Assembly: GCA_965219955.1 (NCBI GenBank)
Contig: OZ244799.1
Span: 2,080,001-2,144,000, forward strand
Direction of reading: 5' to 3'
Length of the DNA stretch: 64,000 bases
From: a bacterium
Lineage (GTDB): Bacteria > UBA8248
Positions within the stretch are counted from its first letter, which is position 1, and every line of letters begins with the position of its first letter. The position numbers were made by a program, and so were the translations under genes. Positions 1 through 9,400 of this stretch are shown one piece after another. Under the pieces are notes generated by a model. The model saw nothing but the letters and a program-made list of their open reading frames with translations. It ran no database searches and was not told the DNA's origin.

Positions 1-444
1 GCCGCCGCGCCCGAAGGAGAAATGAGGAGACGATTCGAACTCCTCCGGCAACTCTCGCTCGATGAGGGAATCGAGGCGGCCCTTGCGAGCGAGGGGATGC
101 GGGCGACGCTGCCCCGGGACTACATCGACGGAGCGAGCGCGGAAGAATTCAGAAAGCGCTTTCTCAAGAACACCCCTGAGGATTACGCCGCGGCGGTGGA
201 CGCCATCCTCGACACGCCGGATATGAGGGATCGCCTGGGTGAAATCCACGTCCCCACCTGGGTCTGCGTGGGCGAGGGAGACGCCGGGGCGATGGCATAC
301 GGGGAGATGTTCGAAGAGCGAATCCCGGATTGCGTGAAAACGGTTATCCCCGCCTGCGGGCATTTTCCGATGCAGGATGCGCCCGAGGCTTTTTGCGCCG
401 CGTTCGACGACTTCGTCGAGGCGGCGATAGATGCGGACTCATAA
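1..444 (+). CDS. alpha/beta hydrolase, C-terminal part (5' end outside window)
   Basis: Frame is open from base 1; has the typical hydrolase C-terminus 'LGEIHVPTWVCVGEGD...IPACGHFPMQDAPEAF' with the catalytic Asp/His positions. Confidence 0.8.
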   Translation, partial: AAAPEGEMRRRFELLRQLSLDEGIEAALASEGMRATLPRDYIDGASAEEFRKRFLKNTPEDYAAAVDAILDTPDMRDRLGEIHVPTWVCVGEGDAGAMAYGEMFEERIPDCVKTVIPACGHFPMQDAPEAFCAAFDDFVEAAIDADS

Positions 445-455
445 GGAGAACCCCC

Positions 456-857
456 ATGACGCACGACGAGGCGCTGGCCTTCCTGAACGAACAGCACTAC
501 GGCGTCCTGAGCACCCTGCTCGAGGACGGCAGATCGCACCCCACGCCCATCGTGTTCGATTACGCAGACGGCGTCGTCGAGATTTCGATGACGTGGAACC
601 GCATAAAGGCCAGAAACCTCAAGCGCGACCCCAGGGCCACGCTTTGCGTGATGCCGCAGGACAGCTTTTATCCTTACCTCTGCGCGGAAGGAGAGACCGA
701 ACTCGTCGAAGACCCCGACGGCACGAAAAACCTCGACCTCTACCGCCGCATCACCGGAAAGGACCCCGACGACCTCGACGAATACCTGCAAGCGATGAAA
801 AACGAGAAGCGCCTCGTGGCGAGGCTGCACGTCACGCGGATGTATCCGATTGGGTGA
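456..857 (+). CDS. PPOX-class (pyridoxamine 5'-phosphate oxidase-like, possibly F420-dependent) oxidoreductase
   Basis: ATG at 456 follows AAGGAG; motifs 'GVLSTLLEDGRSHPTPI', 'KARNLKRDPRATLCV' and 'EKRLVARL'. Confidence 0.85.
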   Translation: MTHDEALAFLNEQHYGVLSTLLEDGRSHPTPIVFDYADGVVEISMTWNRIKARNLKRDPRATLCVMPQDSFYPYLCAEGETELVEDPDGTKNLDLYRRITGKDPDDLDEYLQAMKNEKRLVARLHVTRMYPIG

Positions 858-1865
858 GTGAAGCGAAAAGGAGGGAAGACAATCAATCACTCACGCCGAT
901 ACTCGACCACTTCTTTCCGAGAATATATGCAATCAGCAATTTTTGTTGTCGTATTGTCCATCCTTGTGTTGTCAGGTTGTCAGGTCCGTGAGGCTCCTAC
1001 AAAGCCTCGCGAAGAACGCAATTTCGTGGTCAATAAAACACCGGGCCGGGTCCTCCCCTCCATCTCCCTTTGGAATCTCGGGGTGCGCTACGGGAAGCTG
1101 GCTGTTTCAATCGATGGCGAAAGGCACGAACTCGAAACGCTTACCGTCACACCTCCCGGTAAAGGACCGTTTCCACTCGCGGTAATCTCACACGGGAACT
1201 CGCGCAACCAGAGGCGAGTCAAACTCATCAGGTACCAGACAATCGCGGAGGATTTCGCGGTGCGTGGTTACAAGGCGGTCGTCTTTGCTCGACGTGGGGC
1301 GGCATCCTCCACTGGAGACTACGTGGACAACATGTGGGGCTGTCGGCATTTCTATGCTGGGACAACCTCGGCGAAGGACTACGCCGCAGTCATTAAGGTA
1401 CTAAGAAGCCAACAGGATATCGATGGTTCGACCATAATCGCCGCCGGCCAATCAGGAGGTGGGTTCGCGGTACTGGCTCTCGCGTCGCGGCCACCCGCCG
1501 GACTCATCGGTGTCGTCAATTTCGCGGGCGGACGTGGTGGGAACCGGCATCCTGATGAATACAATTGCGATGAATTCGGTTTCGTCAACGCTTTCGCCGA
1601 GTTCGGCAAGACGGCGCGTATCCCTGCGCTTTGGCTCTATTCCACGACCGACCATTTCTTCTGGCCCGATCTGGTCAAACGAGCTTTTGCCGCCTATGCC
1701 AAAGGCGGTGCGCCGGTGCGTCTGGAGTGGTTCGGGCCGCTTTTGTACGCCGAGGACGGACACAGGCTGTACAGGGGTGAGGGGCAGTCTCTTTGGAGCC
1801 CGCGCATTGGCGCTTTTCTGAAAGACATTGGCGCGCTGAGCTGGAAGATTGGTCCTGGCGGTTAA
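858..1865 (+). CDS. Dienelactone hydrolase-like alpha/beta hydrolase, probable lipoprotein (start may be ATG 927)
   Basis: 'GPFPLAVISHG', nucleophile elbow GQSGG, 'VNFAGG', 'DGH'; lipobox-like LSGC. Confidence 0.75.
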   Translation: MKRKGGKTINHSRRYSTTSFREYMQSAIFVVVLSILVLSGCQVREAPTKPREERNFVVNKTPGRVLPSISLWNLGVRYGKLAVSIDGERHELETLTVTPPGKGPFPLAVISHGNSRNQRRVKLIRYQTIAEDFAVRGYKAVVFARRGAASSTGDYVDNMWGCRHFYAGTTSAKDYAAVIKVLRSQQDIDGSTIIAAGQSGGGFAVLALASRPPAGLIGVVNFAGGRGGNRHPDEYNCDEFGFVNAFAEFGKTARIPALWLYSTTDHFFWPDLVKRAFAAYAKGGAPVRLEWFGPLLYAEDGHRLYRGEGQSLWSPRIGAFLKDIGALSWKIGPGG

Positions 1866-2040
1866 ACCCAACAAAATTTGATCGTCACGACTTTCGGCAA
1901 GGAGAGGCGCTGCAATTATATCTCGAACATCCGGCGCGAAGACGTGAAACGGCTGCTGCGCGAGCAACTGAAGCGATTCGAAGCCCACGGAAACCAGGAG
2001 AAAGAAACTGCGGAATCTACGGCTGAAGGCATTCGCATCC

Positions 2041-2931
2041 ATGCTCGTTTTTGCATTCGCATTCTGGGGCTGCGGCGGGGATACGGCGAGCATCCCACCC
2101 GCCGGCACCCCGATGGTGACGCCAGACCAGGCGGCCCCCGGCGACGGCAGGCTGACCGCTGTAATACGCGGAATCAGGCTGGCCGTCTTCACGCATCGGC
2201 CCGAAGGCTGCAAGCCCCGGGGCTTGTTGTTCATCTTTCACGGGGCAAATCGAAATGCCGCTGACTATCGCAGTTGGGCGCGCCCCTTTGCCGGGCGCGT
2301 CTGCCTGATCGTTTTCGCGCCTCGCTTTGAGCGCGATCGTTTCAGGAACTGGCAATATCAGAGGGGCGGCATTGCCCTCCGTCAGATTCCGCAGTCGCCC
2401 GATGACTGGACGGTTTCCCTTGTGGCTGGCTTGGTGAGATGGGCGCTTGCGCGGGAAGACGGCGAAGCGATGCCCGTCTTTTTGTTCGGCCATTCCGCAG
2501 GCGCGCAATTCCTATCGCGCGTCGCCGCCTATGCGCCCCCGCCTGGCGTCCGCAGATTCGTCATCGCCAATCCATCAAGCCACGTCTGGCCCTCGCTCAA
2601 AGAGGCCATCCCTTACGGCTTCGGCGGATTCCCCGCGTGGTTTCCGGAAGCGCGCCCATCGCTCAAGCGATATCTGCGCCTGCCCGTGACCATCTACATC
2701 GGATCGGAAGATACAGGATCGCGCCTCCTCAGCCGTGCCCCGGCGGCAGCCCGGCAGGGCGTGAACCGCTTCCATCGGGGCGAGAATGTCTTCTACGCCG
2801 CGCGGGCGCTGGCGCGGAAAAATGGCTGGGCTTTTAACTGGAAGCTGGTCATCGCCCTTGAGGTAGGCCATTCGACGCGGCGCATGCTGGGGGCCTTCGA
2901 AGTCATGGACGCCTTCGGGCTGGAAGAATGA
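2041..2931 (+). CDS. Secreted or lipoprotein alpha/beta hydrolase
   Basis: 'FHGANRNA', nucleophile motif GHSAG, 'VIANPS', C-terminal 'VGHS'; hydrophobic N-terminus with Cys. Confidence 0.75.
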   Translation: MLVFAFAFWGCGGDTASIPPAGTPMVTPDQAAPGDGRLTAVIRGIRLAVFTHRPEGCKPRGLLFIFHGANRNAADYRSWARPFAGRVCLIVFAPRFERDRFRNWQYQRGGIALRQIPQSPDDWTVSLVAGLVRWALAREDGEAMPVFLFGHSAGAQFLSRVAAYAPPPGVRRFVIANPSSHVWPSLKEAIPYGFGGFPAWFPEARPSLKRYLRLPVTIYIGSEDTGSRLLSRAPAAARQGVNRFHRGENVFYAARALARKNGWAFNWKLVIALEVGHSTRRMLGAFEVMDAFGLEE

Positions 2932-3133
2932 TGAAGATGCTGGAGTCATAAATTTTTTCTTGAGCCTGACGGATGATTCCAGCGCAAGACGACAATCGAG
3001 ATTTCCGCTCGAGTGTCCATCAACCTCGATAGTCGTTCCCACTGAAAATGCGACTGACAAACCCATCCACGCCAACTTGCTTCCCGTTCGTGCTATAATT
3101 CCAAGTGAATCCACCACTCAAGGAGGACCTTTC

Positions 3134-3448
3134 ATGGCCGTTACCGCAGTTGTCAATTTCGCGCTTCCCGAAGGAAAGACCGAGGAGGAGCTGGTTGCCG
3201 GTTTCGAGAGTTCGACGACTCTCTACCGCGACGTGCCCGGCCTATTGCGCAAATACTACCTGCTGTCCGAGGACCGTCGGACGGGTGGCGGGGTCTATAT
3301 CTTCGAGACGCGCGCCGACGCCGAGCGGGTCCACGACGAGGTGTGGCGCGCCCGGCTGCGCGAGCGCATGGGCGTCGAGCCCGACGTCCGGTACTTCGAC
3401 TCGCCCGTCATCGTCGACAACGAAGCCAGGGCCGCTTCGACCGCATAG
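3134..3448 (+). CDS. YdhR-like putative monooxygenase (dimeric alpha-beta barrel), copy 1
   Basis: AGGAGG RBS; motif 'YRDVPGLLRKYYLLSEDRRTGGGVYIFE...SPVIVDN'. Confidence 0.85.
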   Translation: MAVTAVVNFALPEGKTEEELVAGFESSTTLYRDVPGLLRKYYLLSEDRRTGGGVYIFETRADAERVHDEVWRARLRERMGVEPDVRYFDSPVIVDNEARAASTA

Positions 3449-3460
3449 GGAGGACGCTTC

Positions 3461-3778
3461 ATGGCCGTCACCGCAATCGTTCGCTTCGCGCTTCCCGAGG
3501 GAAAAACGCAAGAAGATATGGCCGCGGCCTTCGAGCACTCGGCCCCTCTCTACCGCGACGTGCCGGGCCTGGTGCGCAAATACTATCTGGTCTCGGACGA
3601 CGTGCGCACCGGGGGCGGGGTCTATCTGTTCGAGTCGCGCGAAGACGCCGAGCGGCTCTACGACGACGCCTGGCGCGCCGGGCTGCGCGAGCGTTTGGGC
3701 GTCGAGCCCACGGTCGAGTACTTCACCTCGCCCGTCATCGTGGATAACGAGATAGGGGCCATCTCCACGGCATCCTAG
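3461..3778 (+). CDS. YdhR-like putative monooxygenase, copy 2
   Basis: GGAGG RBS; near-identical motif 'YRDVPGLVRKYYLVSDDVRTGGGVYLFE...SPVIVDN'. Confidence 0.85.
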   Translation: MAVTAIVRFALPEGKTQEDMAAAFEHSAPLYRDVPGLVRKYYLVSDDVRTGGGVYLFESREDAERLYDDAWRAGLRERLGVEPTVEYFTSPVIVDNEIGAISTAS

Positions 3779-3786
3779 CAGCCATC

Positions 3787-3832
3787 AGGACAGGCACGGA
3801 GGCCTCGGACAGGCACAGGGGCCTGTCCGCTA
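3787..3832. repeat. Degenerate GTAG-type REP fragment
   Basis: GGACAGGCACGGAGGCCT...GGCCTGTCCGCTAC matches the REP seen at about 12420, 28700 and 59220. Confidence 0.6.
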
Positions 3833-3971
3833 CGGGCTCCTCACGCCGCCGCCGGACGCATAGCGGGCCTCTTCAAAAGCCCCCCTTCGGGCGTGTCGAT
3901 GAGGCGGAAAGAAGGCGTTCGCTCGCTCATGTTCCACCTGGTGGAATGACCGCAAAAAACCGGGAGCCTGT

Positions 3972-4583
3972 ATGATCGGCGTCAACGCGCTGACGCTCTA
4001 TCTCGCCTTCGTGGTGTTCGCCGTGGGCGGTAAAATCGCTCTTCACTACCTGGCCACCGGCGATCTCGGCATACGGACGCTGAAGCGAAACTCTCCGAGA
4101 ATCGCCAAGTATACGAGCATCCTTATCCTCGCGTCATTCGCAGCTACGTTCCTCATCTCCCTGCTCGACGCCGCCGGAGAGCTTCGTCCGCAAATCGATC
4201 CCGGCGAGCCGGGGAGATCGCTCGGCGCGACTATTTCGCTTGCCGGAATCACGGTCATGGTGATTGCGCAATACCAGATGGGAACCGCGTGGAGGTTCGG
4301 CGTCGACCAGGCCGAGAAAACCGATTTGGTGACGGGTGGCCTCTACGCCCTCGTCAGGAACCCGATCTACAGCGGCGTGTTCCTGTTCTGCGCCGGCATG
4401 CTGGTGTTGTTCCCGCACATATACATGCTGATTTACCTCGCCACGGCCTGGATGGGCATCGAGTTGCAGGTGCGCCACGTCGAGGAGCCGCATCTTCGGA
4501 ACCTTCACGGCGCCGTTTACGAGAAATACAGCGAGCAGACCGGTCGATACCTCCCGAGTCTTACACGCAAATCCGGGCGATAG
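3972..4583 (+). CDS. Isoprenylcysteine carboxyl methyltransferase (ICMT/PEMT) family membrane protein
   Basis: Multiple TM segments; 'LVTGGLYALVRNPIYSG' and 'EEPHLRNLHGAVYEKY...TGRYLP'. Confidence 0.85.
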   Translation: MIGVNALTLYLAFVVFAVGGKIALHYLATGDLGIRTLKRNSPRIAKYTSILILASFAATFLISLLDAAGELRPQIDPGEPGRSLGATISLAGITVMVIAQYQMGTAWRFGVDQAEKTDLVTGGLYALVRNPIYSGVFLFCAGMLVLFPHIYMLIYLATAWMGIELQVRHVEEPHLRNLHGAVYEKYSEQTGRYLPSLTRKSGR

Positions 4584-4927
4584 GGGGTTGTTGACAAAGC
4601 CCTTGTAGAGCGACTTTGGTTGAGCGCACGTTTTTGCAGTTCACTCCCCCCTTGAGGGTCTGGCTTCCCGAGGGGAAAGCCAGACGATGAAGCCGAGCGG
4701 TTTTTGCGAAGGCTGAATCGGTGGGGGGTAAAATGCGTTTTATCGCCATTCCGAATTATCCCCCCACCGAATCGCTTTCGGGCTTACGCCCTCAGCTCTT
4801 CGACTCCCCCTCAAGGGGGAGTGATTCTCTTCTCTCTCGTCGGGTTGGCAATGTGTTCAAGGGAGAAATCCGCAGCCGCGCCAGCGGTAATCGATGCCGA
4901 GAGAGAAGGAACTTTTTCAACAACCCC
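4584..4927. mobile_element. MITE-like mosaic element A with 5-bp target-site duplication GATAG
   Basis: Termini GGGGTTGTTGACAAAG and CTTTTTCAACAACCCC; GATAG at 4579-4583 and 4928-4932; internal CACTCCCCCCTTGAGGG...CCCTCAAGGGGGAGTG cassette. Confidence 0.85.
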
Positions 4928-4940
4928 GATAGATATCGAT

Positions 4941-5756
4941 TCAACCCACGAGCGCTTCGAGGCGCGCGCGGATTTCAGGGGGAAGCGCACCGCTGCCCGA
5001 CGCCGCCGCGTTCTCGCTCATGCGGCCCGCCCTGCCTGTGGCGGGAATGACGCTGGAGACTCTTTCGTCCGCCAGCAGGTATTTCAGGAGCGCCTGCCCC
5101 GGCGTCCCCGAATGATGGGCTTTCAGTTCCGGCATGCGGGCGATACTGCCCCTGGAACCAAGCAGGCCGGATTCTAAGTGACTGAAAGGCCGCATGACGA
5201 TCACGCCCAGGCCCATCTCCCGCGCCAGGGGCAGAACCTCCTCGCGGCACGTCACCTCGCCCAGATAGTAGGGGATCTGGATAGCGTCGTACGCCCCCGT
5301 CTTCATGGCTTCGATGAGTTCGGGGTAATTCTCCGGTCGCCTGTCGGTGATTCCCAGATGGCGGATTCTCCCCTCTTCTTGAAATTCCTGCATCACGGGC
5401 GTCACCTCGCGCCAGCCCGCCATGTTGTGAATCTGCAGGAGGTCTATCACGTCCGTCCGCAGGCGTCTGAAGGAACGCTCGATGCTCGCGCGGGCCGCCG
5501 ATGCGCTCGACTCCCACACCTTGGTCGCCAGGACGATCTCATCCCGGCTCCCGGCCAGCGCATCTCCGATCACCCGCTCGGATTCCCCGTAGATGGGTGC
5601 TGTGTCGAAGAAATTGATCCCGCAATCCAGGCATTCCCGGACGATCCCGACGCACCGGGCGGGCTCGCTCTTCGCCATGTGCATGAAATTGTGCGAAGTG
5701 CCGAGGCCGATCTCGCTCACCTCAAGCCCCGTCCTGCCCAGAATACGGTAGTTCAT
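4941..5756 (-). CDS. Aldo/keto reductase
   Basis: 'LGRTGLEVSEIGLGT', 'GINFFDTAPIYGESE', 'LATKVW', 'LRTDVIDLLQIH'. Confidence 0.9.
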   Translation of the reverse strand: MNYRILGRTGLEVSEIGLGTSHNFMHMAKSEPARCVGIVRECLDCGINFFDTAPIYGESERVIGDALAGSRDEIVLATKVWESSASAARASIERSFRRLRTDVIDLLQIHNMAGWREVTPVMQEFQEEGRIRHLGITDRRPENYPELIEAMKTGAYDAIQIPYYLGEVTCREEVLPLAREMGLGVIVMRPFSHLESGLLGSRGSIARMPELKAHHSGTPGQALLKYLLADERVSSVIPATGRAGRMSENAAASGSGALPPEIRARLEALVG

Positions 5757-5965
5757 ATCGCTCCTCATCGATGGTGGTTTCGAGTCTTTCACGGGACGAA
5801 GCCTTCTGCGCCCCAAGTAATCCGAGGTGCTCCCTTCACCAATCATGAACCGCACTCACGATAGTGGGGAAACCATCACCAGAGATGCGGTGAAAGTGAT
5901 ATTACAAACGCGGTGAAAGTGTTAATAGACGCCTGGGCAAAGTAGTCATTCGGCGCGCTCCCCCC

Positions 5966-6649
5966 TCACCCCGCCGCTCTCGCCAGAATCTCGCGGTAAC
6001 CCTCGTAGACCGCCTCCCCGTAGGCGGGCGGGGCGTGGACTTCGGTGAGCTTGCCGTCCTCTATCGTCTTGTCCGACGCGTAGGGGTTGAAGACGGCCTC
6101 TCCGCTCGGGAAGATGAGGGTGGGGCTCGTCATCGGCATGCCCTCTTCGTCCCTCAGGCGCATGGCTTCTCGATAGTCGACCATCACGCCCTCCGCGTAT
6201 GCGCCCGATTCCAGGTCCGCGCCCACTTTCGAGCCGTCGAGGCCCGCTTCTTCGGCCATCCCGCAAAGCACCTCGTCCTCATCCACGCGGCGTCCATCGT
6301 AGAAAAACCCTCGCCTGATATCGAGGTCGTAGACGCGCGCTTTCTCCGGGTCTTGCGCATAGGCGCTCGCGTAGGCCTGAAAGGCGCGTATGGTGGTGCG
6401 CAGGTATTCCTCGTGCGGCCAGCTTCTGCACGGGGAGAGCGGCTCCTGAACGGCTATCAGGGGCCATTCCTGGTCCACGATGTAGCGCGGCGCCGGGCGG
6501 TCGTTGATGACCTCCAGCGGGAACGCGCGCCATTTGAGATGCAGCCTGCCTTCGAACTCGGGCATCACCTTGTCCAGCCGCGCCGCGGCCATGTACGCCC
6601 AGGGTCAGTGGTATTCGTGAAATATCTCGACAACCGCCGCATCCGCCAT
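5966..6649 (-). CDS. DsbA/FrnE (thioredoxin-fold) family probable selenoprotein, UGA at 6607-6605
   Basis: Extending the 208-aa ORF upstream gives MADAAVVEIFHEYH-U-PWAYMAAARL from ATG 6649 with a GAGGG RBS. The TGA falls on the first Cys of the CPWC-type motif; cis-Pro motif 'TSPTLIF'. Confidence 0.8.
6575..6591 (-). promoter_or_regulatory. Candidate bacterial SECIS hairpin of the DsbA-like gene
   Basis: Stem-loop UGGCCGC-GGC-GCGGCUG; the apical loop starts with G, 20 nt after the UGA. Confidence 0.55.
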
Positions 6650-6832
6650 CTCATGCCCTCACAGATAAGAGAAAATATCTCAAGATGAAATCAGGGAGAG
6701 GCGCGTCCTCTTCCCTCCCCGATGATTTACACCCTCGTCTTCATAAAGGGCAAGCCGCCCCTTCCCCGCGGGCGCCTCATGCGCTCGCAATAAGCTGTGG
6801 TATCATGCCGAAAAACCAGGGAGACGCACGGA

Positions 6833-7249
6833 ATGAATCCCGAGGATCAGACAATTGCCTGCTTGCTCGCTGAGGCCGAGACCATCGCCGTGGTCGGCCT
6901 CTCGGACGACCCTTCGCGAACGAGCCACCGGATCGCCGCCTATATGCAGGAGGCGGGCTACCGGGTCATCCCGATAAATCCCAGAATCGAATCCGCCCTC
7001 GGGGAGAAGGCCTACCCGAGCCTGAGCGAGGTCGCCGGGCGCGTCGACATCGTGAACGTCTTCAGGCGTTCGGAGGAGATACCCGCCCTGGTGGATGAGG
7101 CGATAGAGAAGCGCCCGCGCGCGTTCTGGATGCAAAAGGGCATCTCAAATCCCGCCTCCGCGCGCCGTCTGGAAGATGCGGGCGTCACGACGATCCAGAA
7201 CCTCTGCATCAAGACCGCCCACCGGGAACTCGCCCAAACCCCTCGATGA
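6833..7249 (+). CDS. CoA-binding protein (YccU-like)
   Basis: 'TIAVVGLSDDPSRTS', 'GYRVIPINP', 'VDIVNVFRRSE', 'WMQKGI'. Confidence 0.9.
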   Translation: MNPEDQTIACLLAEAETIAVVGLSDDPSRTSHRIAAYMQEAGYRVIPINPRIESALGEKAYPSLSEVAGRVDIVNVFRRSEEIPALVDEAIEKRPRAFWMQKGISNPASARRLEDAGVTTIQNLCIKTAHRELAQTPR

Positions 7250-8093
7250 GAATGGTCCGCTGCGAATCTCGCAAAAACTCCACCGCTACCTGCTCCTCGG
7301 CGCAGGCGCTTTGCTGGTCGTGGGAATGTTCGGGCTATTAGAGAATTTCCTGCTCTACCACCCCTTCCGGGAAATCGAGGTGACGCCCCGAAACTACGGC
7401 GTCGCTTACGAGAACGTCTCCTTCAGCGCCGCAGACGGCGTGCGCCTGCACGGCTGGTACGTCGCGCCGAAAGACCCGGACGGCCCGGTTCTCCTGTGGG
7501 CGCACGGCAACGCGGGCAACCTCTCCCACCGCGCGGAGAACATCGCGCTCATCCAAAAAGAACTCGGCGCCGGGGTCTTCATCTTCGACTACCGGGGTTA
7601 CGGCAAGAGCGAGGGCAGGCCGGGCGAAGAGGGCCTCTACGCCGACGGCAGGGCCGCGTACGCCTGGCTCGCCGAGCGCGTGCCGCACGAGCGCATTTTT
7701 CTCTTCGGCCGCTCGCTGGGCGGGGCCGTGGTGGTGAAGCTCGCCGCGGAAGGAAAGAAAGCGCGCGGCCTGATTCTCGAAAGCCCCTTCGAGAGCACCC
7801 TCGCCATGGGGAAGAAGATGTTCCCCTTCCTGCCGGTGGGCTGGCTCATCTCTTCCAAATTCGACAGCGCGGCCATGATCCCGAAAGTGGAGACCCCCCT
7901 GTTCGTCCTGCACGGCGATAAGGACGGTATCGTCCCCTTCGATCAAGGGAGACGGCTCTACGAATTGGCCGGCTCGCCGCACAAGCGGTTTTTCACCATC
8001 AAGGGGGCGGGCCACAACGACACGTATTACACGGGGGGTGCGCCCTACTGGGCGGCGTGGCGGGATTTTCTAACCAATCCCGAGTCAGGGTGA
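7176..8093 (+). CDS. Membrane-anchored alpha/beta hydrolase (ABHD13/Bem46-like); start uncertain
   Basis: 'HGNAGN', 'DYRGYGKSEG', GRSLG, 'LHGDKDGIVP', 'GAGHND'. Confidence 0.85.
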   Translation: MRASRRSRTSASRPPTGNSPKPLDENGPLRISQKLHRYLLLGAGALLVVGMFGLLENFLLYHPFREIEVTPRNYGVAYENVSFSAADGVRLHGWYVAPKDPDGPVLLWAHGNAGNLSHRAENIALIQKELGAGVFIFDYRGYGKSEGRPGEEGLYADGRAAYAWLAERVPHERIFLFGRSLGGAVVVKLAAEGKKARGLILESPFESTLAMGKKMFPFLPVGWLISSKFDSAAMIPKVETPLFVLHGDKDGIVPFDQGRRLYELAGSPHKRFFTIKGAGHNDTYYTGGAPYWAAWRDFLTNPESG

Positions 8094-8891
8094 ATCCGGA
8101 GTCGGCTCCGTCTTTCCGGCTTTGCGCCTCGCCCGGAACTCCCGCAGCAGTCTTTCATGGTGCACGCTCGTGAAGAAACTCTCAACGAAAGCGTCCACCG
8201 GATGGTTGATGAGGTTCTCCGGCGTGTCGACCTGGACGATCACGCCGTCGCGCATCACGGCGATCCTGTCGGCGATCTGAAACGCATCCGTTAAATCGTG
8301 CGTCACGAGCAGGCTGATCGCCCCGATCTCGTCGTGCACCCTCCTCAGTTCTTTCCGGACCTCGAGCCTCGCGACCGGATCGATGTTCGCCAGGGGTTCA
8401 TCCAGGAGAAAAACCCGGGGGGGTATGGCGATGGCGCGGCCGATGGCGACTTTTTGCTGCTGGCCCGCGCTCAGGCTGTCCGGTCGGCGGCGGGACCATT
8501 TTTTGCTGATCCCCAGACGCCGCATCACGTCCTGGGCGCGCTCGTTCAGGATGCCCGGCAGCCAGCGGCGGATTTTGAGCGCGAAGCCCAGGTTCGAGTA
8601 TTTCTTCTCGTCGAAAACCTTCATGTGCGGCCAGAGGGCGTAGCTCTGGAACACGAGCTGCACCCCGCGCCGCCCGGGCGGAATGCCGTTCAGCCGCACG
8701 CCGTCGAGATAAATGTGGCCGCCGTCTTCATCCTCCACGCCGGCGACGAGGCGCAAGAGCGTCGATTTGCCGCAACCCGTGGGGCCGACGAGCACCATGA
8801 ACTCCCGGTCTTCGAGCGCCAGGGAGAGGTTGTCGATCGCGCAAACGTCGTCAAAGCTTTTCCTGAGTCCTGAAATCGTCAGACGGCTCAT
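8085..8891 (-). CDS. ABC transporter ATP-binding protein (MalK/PotA-like)
   Basis: Walker A GPTGCGKS, 'VFQSYALWPH', signature LSAGQQQ, Walker B LLDEP, 'VTHD'. Confidence 0.9.
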   Translation of the reverse strand: MSRLTISGLRKSFDDVCAIDNLSLALEDREFMVLVGPTGCGKSTLLRLVAGVEDEDGGHIYLDGVRLNGIPPGRRGVQLVFQSYALWPHMKVFDEKKYSNLGFALKIRRWLPGILNERAQDVMRRLGISKKWSRRRPDSLSAGQQQKVAIGRAIAIPPRVFLLDEPLANIDPVARLEVRKELRRVHDEIGAISLLVTHDLTDAFQIADRIAVMRDGVIVQVDTPENLINHPVDAFVESFFTSVHHERLLREFRARRKAGKTEPTPDSP

Positions 8892-8908
8892 GCTTCTCTC
8901 CGGCTCTT

Positions 8909-9265
8909 TCAGTCTTTAGGCGCGAGTTCGTTCAGCTTCTCGACGCCGGGGGTGAAGATCTCCTCCAGAACGAGCGGCCCGTCGCCCGCGTTGCGCGTGG
9001 AGTGCTCCTGGTTCGGCGGAAAAACCACGACGCCGCCCGGCCCGAGGACCACCTCTTTCCCGCCGCACGCGAACCTCGCCGTGCCTTCGAGCACGATCGT
9101 CATCTGCTCGTTGGGGTGCGAATGGGGATTGTACATATCCACGCCGGCGTGAATCGTCTGGCGAAGCACGGTCAGCTTCTCGCCCGCCACCACGCGCTGA
9201 ATCCTCTCGCCGGTATCGTGCGCTTCCATCTCCTCGAAATTGTAATATTTCACGTTCTTCTCCAC
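8909..9265 (-). CDS. Cupin domain protein
   Basis: 'PHSHPNEQMTIVLEG' and 'PPNQEHS...EIFTP'. Probable GTG start; the longer ORF overlaps the redoxin on the antisense strand. Confidence 0.85.
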   Translation of the reverse strand: MEKNVKYYNFEEMEAHDTGERIQRVVAGEKLTVLRQTIHAGVDMYNPHSHPNEQMTIVLEGTARFACGGKEVVLGPGGVVVFPPNQEHSTRNAGDGPLVLEEIFTPGVEKLNELAPKD

Positions 9266-9400
9266 CCGAATGGATAAAACTTTACGGAAACCTGGACTGC
9301 AGGGCGGCATAGGCACCCGACTCATCGTATAGAAGTATTTGCATCCGCTCAAACCTTCTCCTAAAGTGTTCACACGCCGTCTTTTGCCTAGGAGACCCCC

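Noticed and set aside
855-860. In-frame TGA-GTG junction between the PPOX gene and the next hydrolase as a possible read-through fusion
   Set aside because: The PPOX domain is complete at the stop, the position is not a catalytic Cys column, and the downstream ORF has its own signal peptide and different composition.
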